A stretch of DNA of 63,484 nt, counting the filler, from Craspedostauros australis (Eukaryota), in NCBI GenBank assembly GCA_030167865.1. It is 18 parts of 18 records of this genome, joined end to end, with 100 filler letters (N's around TTAATTAATTAA, not from the genome) between each part and the next. Parts side by side here need not be neighbours in the genome. Positions count along the whole stretch, not along the records: positions 54,385 to 55,478 come from JALAGF010000351.1; positions 55,579 to 60,234 come from JALAGF010000352.1; positions 60,335 to 63,484 come from JALAGF010000353.1; 15 more parts are not named here. The stretch is one strand, 5' to 3'. A program made the position numbers and the translations under genes. Below the pieces are notes generated by a model that searched no databases, had not been told where the DNA came from, and saw only the letters and a program-made list of their open reading frames with translations. Shown in pieces: positions 55,185 through 63,484 of the stretch. Position 1 is the stretch's first letter. Each line of letters begins with the position of its first letter.

Positions 55185-55282
55185 GGACTGGTGAATCCAC
55201 TTAGCCGTAAGTGGACTCATGAGTCCACTTATTTTCCTATTTCGTGCACAGGGGTCGTAAGTGGACTGGTGAATCCACTTAC
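55185..55282. repeat. Cluster of three related palindromic/hairpin motifs
   Basis: Perfect 24-bp palindrome TAAGTGGACTCATGAGTCCACTTA (55208-55231), flanked by two copies of GGACTGGTGAATCCACTTA. Confidence 0.85.
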
Positions 55283-56434
55283 CCAGTATTTGACAAAAAT
55301 AACGACTACTTCGATTAAAATCATCTCAAACGATTTCTCTTGAGACTCACACACTCGGCTTCCGATTCTCGTTTTACTCGTATCACTGCGTGTTAACTCC
55401 TCATCATGGCGACGTTGTATTCTGTATCAACCCATCCCTTTTGCTCACTTCCTCTACCACACGAGTGTTCATGTTTCANNNNNNNNNNNNNNNNNNNNNN
55501 NNNNNNNNNNNNNNNNNNNNNNTTAATTAATTAANNNNNNNNNNNNNNNNNNNNNNNNNNNNNNNNNNNNNNNNNNNNCCGTTGTTACCGTTGTTACCGT
55601 TGTTACCGTTGTTACCGTTGTTGCGTTTCTGATTTTATGAGGAGAGGATGTGGAGGAAAAGGACGAAGATGAGGACAGAGAGGAAGAAAGGACGAGGGAG
55701 AGGTTCTGATCTCGCGGTCGCCAGTGCTGCTGCTGCTGCTGTCGTTGCTGGTATTGTTGGTATTGTTGGTATTGTTGTTGTTGTTGTCCGAAGCAGTACT
55801 CACAATCGCACCACACTCTCCTCGTGAATGGTATGTATACTCGTCTGTGTGTGTTTTGGTGTGTTGATTTGGTTGTTGGATTTTCCAGGTTTCCGTGTTT
55901 TCCACGATTTTGTGTTGTGGTGTGTTGTGTGTCGTTGTCATCGTGTTCTGCGAAGTCTTGTTTGAAGCCGTGACGTCAGGCATCCCCACGTAGTTCCGTT
56001 GTGTTGAGTGCCAGATGGTGGACTGTGACGTGAGGATGGCTTGAAGTCGATTGTGTGGTGTGACGATGCAGATAGAGAATGATGTGACAGGGTTGAACTT
56101 TCGAAATGAGACAACCGGTACTCATGCTCTCCGTCCGCATTGTGAATCACGGGCGGCGATTGGCTATGGTGACAACTGGACACACGGGCACTATGACATA
56201 CCGTCCACGTCATCACATGACCCAAAGATGAGACAGCACGGCTGACACTTGTTCTCATAGTTTTGTCCTTGATCGCGGACTATGGATCGTCCGTTTGTAG
56301 GATACGCGGTAGTATACAACACATTTCACTTGATGCCACATTCCGTTCGCGCCACATTTTGTTTTGAACGTTTCACGTGAACACAATCATTCGTATCAGT
56401 CGACTTGGTCGAAGCGAAACTCGAAGAACCAATT

Positions 56435-57034
56435 AGAGGACTATCGCATTCAGCTCCCTCAGCCCCTGTGTCATGTCGTAGTTCGCATTAGCTCTCGAGT
56501 CGTGAAACTGCACAGGACTGTTTTGTGACAGAACCCTGCTTTGATTCACTCGAGCAATATCGAGTCAGTTCCACGACTAAGGTATCTAATTTGGACAAGT
56601 CTGCTTCAGGTTCTGCTTGATAGCATCCTATTTTGGTCATGGCTGTGCTGAGATTGTACATGATGGCTGTAAAATTGAAAAGATGTAAATCTGATGTGAT
56701 AGGTGTGCCATTGTTGTTCTCTTGGATGTTGTTGTCCGAAATTGAATGTAAATGGCATAGCATTGCCACAAACATACATCAATCAGAACGACACGAACGA
56801 CCAAAGTGTCAAAACGAAGCAACATGATTGGCTGAAGCTTGTTAACACGTGGAACTGATAGTTTCGCCAGGACTGTGCGAGCTGAGAACATTTCAGCTCA
56901 GAACGCACGAACTGAAATCTATTCAGCTCACCTGGGGGAAGTTCGCGTGCCACCCCCTGAGAAATGTCTCTATCAGGCTATGATTCCCTTGTGGGACTGC
57001 TAGTGACTGGGTGAGCGGAATGCAAAACTCCTCT
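56435..57034. mobile_element. 600-bp MITE of the PIF/Harbinger (PHIS) superfamily with about 22-bp imperfect TIRs and ATT target duplication
   Basis: ATT|AGAGGACTATCGCATTCAGCTC ... GAGCGGAATGCAAAACTCCTCT|ATT. The first about 215 bp are homologous to the left end of the adjacent transposase-bearing element. Confidence 0.82.
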
Positions 57035-57037
57035 ATT

Positions 57038-58660
57038 AGAGGACTTTCGCATTCCGCTCAGAGCACCCCAGACGACATGTCACACGACATGGACGCCAGA
57101 GTGACAGAAACTGCACAGGACTGTTTGTTGACAGAATACTGCCTGGATTAAGTGTAGTCAAATCGCGTTCTCACCATCACTAGGGTATCAAATTCAGACA
57201 CGTTGGCTTCGATTCATCCTGGAGAACATCACATTTTGGTCATGAGTGTGTCGACACATCATCTGTTTCTTCTTTTGATGTTGCATGATGTGTGTCCTCC
57301 TTGCTTCACTTCATGCTAGACTCGCTGTTCCTTGAATTCTTCTGTGTTCATCAAACCTTTGCACACTTAGCTTTTCTACACGTTCGATCACTACTTGCCA
57401 TCGTTGTCATGGTCAGACATAATTGGAATACCGTTCCCGAGTGGCAGGCATTGCAAGAAGCCAGCGCTCGATTTGAGGCTGCTATCGCTCAACTTGCAGA
57501 CATCGACGTCCAAGGTCTGGATTTCGCAGGCGTTGTGATTCTCGTTCAGCAATACAGCAACGTTGTCACATTGGGCTGTCACATGCTGCAAATGCAGCAA
57601 CTCTACCTTGGTCCATTGGGACCTCCTCCCATGTTTACCAACAGGAGCATTGTCATCGTGGAACTGGAGGACCGCGAAAGTGTTCGTCACTTTCATTCCT
57701 GTGCGCGTGATCTTCAACGTCTGGCTGACCGTCTCTGGCCCAAGTTGCAGGCAGTGTCCGGCGAGGCAGATCCTACATGCATTCAAGTGCGGAATCGATA
57801 CAAGGTATCATACGAAATGGGATTGCTTGTGATGCTGTTCCATCTGGCACATGGCGGACAGCTGTTTAACATGGAACAAATATTCAGCATGGACAGTGTT
57901 TGCATCTCCAGTATTGCCTCCACTTCTACTCCTACTTCTATGCCATTGGCATGCCCTACCTAAGCGACATCAGTTTGTTTCATCCTCGATTTCCCAACTG
58001 CGAGCCGAACAACCATCATCTCACCCACTGCTTGGTGGACAATGTGTTGGCTTATGTTGACAGCACGTTCTGGGAAACCTGTTGTCCCAAGGATAATCAA
58101 GAGGACCTCTACTCCGGCTATAAACGCGGTCATGGGTTGCACTATCAAGGCATTGTTGCACCAGATGGGTTGCTCATCCACTACTTTGGGCCAATTGCAG
58201 GTGCTTGCAGTGACAGGTACATGTTCCAGCAAAGCAAAATCAAGCAGCAATTGGAGGCTCTCATGCCATTGGATGAGAACAATCCTCCATACCGTCTCTA
58301 CAGTGACCCAGTGTATCCTACTACACCATACATTTTCAGTGCATACAAGCACACCGTTCCAGGATCCTCTGAGGTGCAGTGCAATGCGGACATGGTGTCA
58401 GGACACATCTGTGTTGAGTGGGCATTCAAGGAGGTTACAAAGAACTTCCCTTGGTTGGTATCCGCAGCGTCAACAAGACATTGCAGAATCCTCTCACTCA
58501 TATTCATTTTGTTGCTGTGTTTCTTGTCAACATTCATTGCATCATGAATGGCAATCAGCAGTCTGCACAGTACCGATTGCACAAGCTGACATTCAAAGAA
58601 TACATCAGTCTTATCCCATGAGCACACCAACAGTTCTTTGGAGAGATATTGATTGCATGT
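57038..58660 (+). mobile_element. Decayed PIF/Harbinger-superfamily DNA transposon: left TIR plus frameshifted DDE_Tnp_4 transposase (about 57410-58625)
   Basis: TIR AGAGGACTTTCGCATTCCGCTC at 57038. Motifs YVDST, YSGYKRGHGLHYQGIVAPDGL, GPIAG..SD, LYSDPVY, ICVEWAF. Frameshifts near 57920 and 58475. Right TIR not found. Confidence 0.87.
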
Positions 58661-59130
58661 AATATGCATTAGACTAGCTGTTATGTAGCAATCATGGTGT
58701 GCTGGCACTTGTGTTTGTGTTGTGTTGTGTTGTGTTGTGTTGTGTGTACTGCATGCAATCAGCGAATGCTGGGAGTAGCACTGATGGAATGCATGTAGGC
58801 ATGGAAGGAAACATGCGGCTGTGCACGCATAGGCTTGAGCGTGTCGGCTTCTCTACTTTGTGTTGCTCTGCATGCCATGGCAGAGTGCTGCTGCCATGGA
58901 GAGAGGAATGAATGGATGGATGCATGTATGGAGGGATGGAAAAACAAATGCATGGATGATTGCATGGGCGAATGGATGGTCAAATTGGATCAACGAATGC
59001 ATCGAAGGATGGGTAGGCTGATGTATTGTGAAACATGACAGACTGTGGGAAAGAGGGTATGAAATGTGCAATACGCAGAAAGGAAGGAATGGGTGAGTAT
59101 CAGTTTCGCACGTCGTCCTTGCCATTGCGG

Positions 59131-59131
59131 C

Positions 59132-59216
<85 letters not shown>
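59131..59216. repeat. (TTG)n microsatellite, about 28 units
   Basis: Read directly. Confidence 0.95.
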
Positions 59217-59217
<1 letters not shown>

Positions 59218-60077
59218 CAAGCTGTGATCCTCGAAATTGTGTGTTTTCCTGTTCTGAAAGGAATCTGTTGCTGACACATGCTCAGGTATGTAACCACTAG
59301 GCCGGTGGCGCGTAGGAGTCATTGCACGAGGCCAGATGACTGTACCGGTCAACCACCAGACGGTCCAACCCGGATGATCCCAAAACTCGTTGTTCGGGAA
59401 GCGACGACTTGTGAGAATTCTCCACTGTCAAACACCTCCACGAAAATGAGTGGCTGCATTGGGTCCCGTACACACCCTGAATCACGAACATCCATTTGTT
59501 GTTGTTGATCGGCTGAATCCATTTGCACATAATATGCATATTTATATATACTACCGCAGCTCCGTTATCCAATCAAATCAACACGAATCTTCAGCAACCA
59601 CCACACAGTTGCCCACCTGTACCAAAGGTCATACCAAGCCACCTCTCATCGCAGGGAGCCTGACCAGACGGATGCAGCATCGTGGATGCGGCAGGTTCCC
59701 CACCTTCATACTCGCACGTGTATGTACTCCGGACGAAACCGCGAGCCGCAAGCCGCAATCCACAATCCGCGAGCCACTGACACCGCGCCATGCTGTGCCA
59801 ACACAACGAATGCGAGCTACAACACACCCAACAGCGGCAGCTTGATATAGTGTAATACATCTCAATGCACAGTATCTCAAGACGGTGATGTCGTCAATTG
59901 CTCAGGGCGATATTCCAGACTCTACGTGAAGATTCTACTGTTATATGCACGTGGTACTAGTATAGTACTAGTATTATTGTAATATTATGTAAAATGGAAT
60001 CAAAATCCTTTGGAAATTACGGGAGGCGGGGAGAGCCCTGCGACAATCCAGGCATGTTCCTGCTCGCGCTCCTACTC

Positions 60078-60234
60078 CTACTCATCAGCGCTGTCGCTGC
60101 TGCTGCTCTCCTCCATGGAGCTGAGGTGCTTCGATTCCTCGTACCTGCGAACGGACTGCTCCTTCGCTTCCGCCCATTGCTCGATGCTCTCGTCCTCGCC
60201 GTCCAACAACAGGAGCTCCCATCCCTCGAAGAAG
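60078..60234 (-). CDS. Possible 3' end of an unknown acidic protein, 5' partial
   Basis: FFEGWELLLLDGEDESIEQWAEAKEQ...SSSDSADE-stop is open from the contig edge and followed by AT-rich, 3'UTR-like sequence. Confidence 0.3.
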
Positions 60235-62109
60235 NNNNNNNNNNNNNNNNNNNNNNNNNNNNNNNNNNNNNNNNNNNNTTAATTAATTAANNNNNNNNNN
60301 NNNNNNNNNNNNNNNNNNNNNNNNNNNNNNNNNNGGACGATGCAAAAAACACGCAAGTGGTATCGATAGTACTCCAATGGGAGTTGTTGTTGGCGTTTGT
60401 GCTCCTTGGTTTTGGTGGCGCCTACTGTGGTCGTTTGGTTCTGCGTTGGTTTCTGCGTCGTTCATGTCCTTCACACAGCACCGAGTGTTTCTCGGCGTTG
60501 GACCCGCTTTCGTTGTCATCCGACGGGCGCGACACCCACAGTCATGCATTCGGTGTCTCTGTTCCATGCACGCAAATCGCCAACACAAATAGAGGAATCA
60601 CCTGCTCGTGGTTCCTGGTCATCCTTCTGTGAACTCACAAGCGTGCGCTTGCTGTCTCGTTTCTGTGTCATTTGCCGTGCCAGGTTGCAGTCCATTTTGC
60701 GGTGACGACAGTGTCCAGCGAACTTCAAGTAATACTCCTCTCACGCAAACCCTTTGGTCACGAAAAGTGTTCTTCGATTTTGAAGAGGGCGACAAAGCAT
60801 GTGTTCTCCGTGGTGCGAGTTTGTCCATCTCAGTGTGCGCCAAATAACACAACACACAACGTGTCACGAGAGCAGCACCACACAAACATGCTGCCGCTGT
60901 CGCCACAAAATGGAAGTGAACCGTTGTTGTTGGCGCATTCGTGCATTGTTGCACTGATAGCTACTCCTCTACTCCTACAATACTCTACCCCACCCTGCTC
61001 TGCTCGCACTCTATTCAGGTCACAAACCAGTTGTCATTGATGTAGTGTTTCATTGAGACACTTTCGCACTTGTGTGTTGCAATAGCAAGATGATTGTCAT
61101 TCGAATAGCACTGGTATGGTTGCGAGGGTGTGATCATTCGCGTACCACTGCAGAGCACAACGCGGTGTGACTGCGGGCGTTGGCTCTCCTCCGTTTTGTT
61201 CTGCGTGACAGCGCGTACTTCTGCAATCCTCGCGCGCGGTCGATACTGGCGAACAGTGATCAAGATGCCAATGACCAGACACAAGGAGGTTCTGTGTTAG
61301 TCGTACATCGATGCATGCGGATGGTATGACATGGGCGGCGGCGACTGGATCGGAGCTGACACGCGCACGAGAAGTTGGAGAAATCGAGCAAGCCCAACCA
61401 CATCAACATCATCGCGATCTCTTTCTTTCCCTTCCGATCGAAGTTGCGCTTGCATCCATACAAAAATATCACAATGATGTCATGCGCACGAGCATTGCGG
61501 CAACCTGAACAGTTCTCCCTCTTTTCGTGAGAAACACAGCAACGTCAGGTTTGGACAATGGGGAGTCACCACATGCACCATTGGCAGAAGCCGGATCAGC
61601 ATCAACAGGGTCACCACAGCACAAGAGGGTGTTGCGCTTCTGTATTTGTTGCAGCTGTGTCTGCAATGACTGGGTGGAAAGCGCGGACATGTGCACTGAA
61701 GACGGATCTCCCGTCGTCAAGGCGCAGATGTGGTGACGGTGCGTGATTGAACTGATTGTATTCTCTGTTTTGGTGCAGAACAGCACTTCCATCCAAACAC
61801 CGTTGCGCAAATACCCATCAGTGATGGCGTCATGGGGGAGCAATAAGAGATGCGAACCGGCACTCCATGACCTGTTGCAGAACAGGGCGCGCATCGTGAA
61901 TCAACTCTTAGTCTGCGCAATTTCCGCAACGAAACGCCGTCACATGCAGTTGTTTGTCCGGCTTTACGTATTCGCATGTGCGTTTTCGATGTCATGCGCC
62001 TCTCCGCATGTGTGGTTGTCATCGAACGCGCTGCGCAGTGCAGGCTATTTGCATGCGGATGGTGCCAGTACACGTTCGTTACAACAACATCCTCCACACA
62101 TCATTCCTC

Positions 62110-63270
62110 GCGCATGCACTGCACATCATGCACATTTTCCGCGCATCCGCGCATGTGTCGACATCTTCCCTGCGATCTGCACATTTCGTGCACAACGTCG
62201 CATTCGTCAACATTCGTACGCTCATTCGGACATCTGTCAGCATCTTCCCAACGATCTGCACATTTTCCCTGCATCAGCACATTTTCCCTGCATCAGCACA
62301 TTTGTCAACATCTTCCCGACGATCTGCACATTCTCTGCACATCCGGGTCGTCTCGCGTTTTGATGCAAAAATATGTCTTTCTCATGTCTTGTGTAAGTCC
62401 GATACGACATGAATCCGATCCCACCTCTTGCCATCACGGTGTCACTTCCACTTTAACTTTTAGTGCTCAAAAGCAATAAACGACAGAGAATCAAATAAAT
62501 TAGTAGTGTTCTTGGCCATTAGATAGCGATTAAATTGAACAGAATTATCCTTTTCGTCGCTTTATGATTCTTTTCAGTGATCAATGATGTTAGTCTATGC
62601 AGTATTGTCTAGATCTAGACCATTGTTGATGTCACAGTCATGACCGAACAGTGTCGCAGTAATGTCTTGGGAATTGTAGTTGTGCAGGGAAAATGCATGC
62701 GCAGGGGAAAACGCATGCGCAGGGAAAATGCATGCGCAGGGAAAATGCATCTGCAGGGAAAATGCATCTGCAGGGAAAATGCAGTGCATGCGCATGTTCA
62801 GTCGAAGTGCAGTGCATGCGCACGAGCAGGGAAAATGCAGGCGCAGGAAAAGTGCAGTGCATGTGCATGTGCATGCGCAGTCGAAGTGCATGCGCAGGGA
62901 AAATGCAGGCGCTGGAAAAGTGCATGTGCAGTGCAGTGCAGTGCAGTGCATGTGCACGCGCAGTTGAAGTGCATGCGCAGTCGAAGTGCATGTGTAGTAG
63001 TGCATGTGCAGTGCAGTGCATGTGCACGCGCAGTCGAAGCGCATGTGCAGTCGAAGTGCATGTGAAGTGCTTGTGCGCGGAAAGTGCATGTGCATGAAAA
63101 GTGCGTGTGCATCTGCATGTGAAGTGCATGTGCGCGGAAAGTGCAAGTGCAAGTGCATGTGCATGTGCAGTGCAGTACAGTACAGTGCAGCCGAAGTGCA
63201 TGCACATGCGCATGTGCACTCGAAGTCCATGTGCAGTGCGCACAACTGCAATGCACATGCGTTGCGCATC
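62110..63270. repeat. TGCA-rich satellite-like arrays in opposite orientations around an AT-rich core
   Basis: CATTTTCCCTGCA variants at about 62130-62340, and the complement TGCAGGGAAAATG plus GCAGTCGAAGTGCATG units at 62683-63270. Confidence 0.8.
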
Positions 63271-63484
63271 TGCCGGACATCCGCTGCACGTGCACTTTGG
63301 CTGCGCTTGCGCATCCACTTTCCATGTGCAATCACGCAGCGATCAGACGCGCGGGGCAACACATGGACAGCAAATTTCACGCCGGCGCAGGTCCGTCGCA
63401 CACTGTTGGAGCACATCGATAATCGCGTTTGTTGATGCATCATGACCAACCAGTTTGCGAATGACATTTATGCTTGTGGCGGAA

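Noticed and set aside
55579..55622. (CCGTTGTTA)n at a contig end as a possible telomere
   Set aside because: Not a TTAGGG-type repeat, only about 5 units, and it merges into ordinary GTT microsatellite.
62668..62680. Exact reverse match to the vertebrate ZNF143/THAP11 promoter motif ACTACAATTCCCA
   Set aside because: Single occurrence in a non-metazoan repeat region, found post hoc. No supporting evidence.
62595..63467. His/Cys/Met-rich ORFs in many frames, suggestive of a metal-binding protein
   Set aside because: All frames are open only because the TGCA-based satellite lacks stop codons.

Overview
This is eukaryotic DNA, most likely from a diatom. The basis is GT-AG introns, CoDi-like Ty1/copia elements, protein families typical of diatoms and a probable bipartite plastid presequence. 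It is not one locus: 17 artificial 100-nt linkers (N44-TTAATTAATTAA-N44) join 18 separate contigs, so adjacency across a linker has no biological meaning. Contig 1 (1-24561) is gene-dense and mostly housekeeping: a CSRNP-N-like protein, RagA/B GTPase, FkbM-like methyltransferase, RMD1/DUF155 protein, RPAP2-C-like protein, ABCG transporter, GH1 beta-glucosidase, gamma-carbonic-anhydrase-like subunit, MATE transporter and a divergent P-loop protein. The short contigs carry an HMG-box gene, a class-V PLP cysteine-desulfurase-like gene ending in a CaaX box, two EF-hand paralogue ends, two ankyrin/BTB family fragments, an LRR protein, a near-complete copia gag-pol, several copia relics, six pieces of one LTR family, and a Harbinger-superfamily MITE abutting a decayed related transposon. 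Most interesting: (1) an ankyrin-BTB gene whose 102-bp repeats are homogenised at framework and silent sites but hypervariable at the DARPin-type binding positions; (2) an uncharacterised helical domain between Gag and protease shared by two divergent copia families; (3) three insertions of one LTR family into one copia family; (4) the MITE/transposon tandem sharing an ATT target duplication, with a CpG-deamination footprint in the transposase. All family assignments come from motif recognition by eye; no database searches were run.
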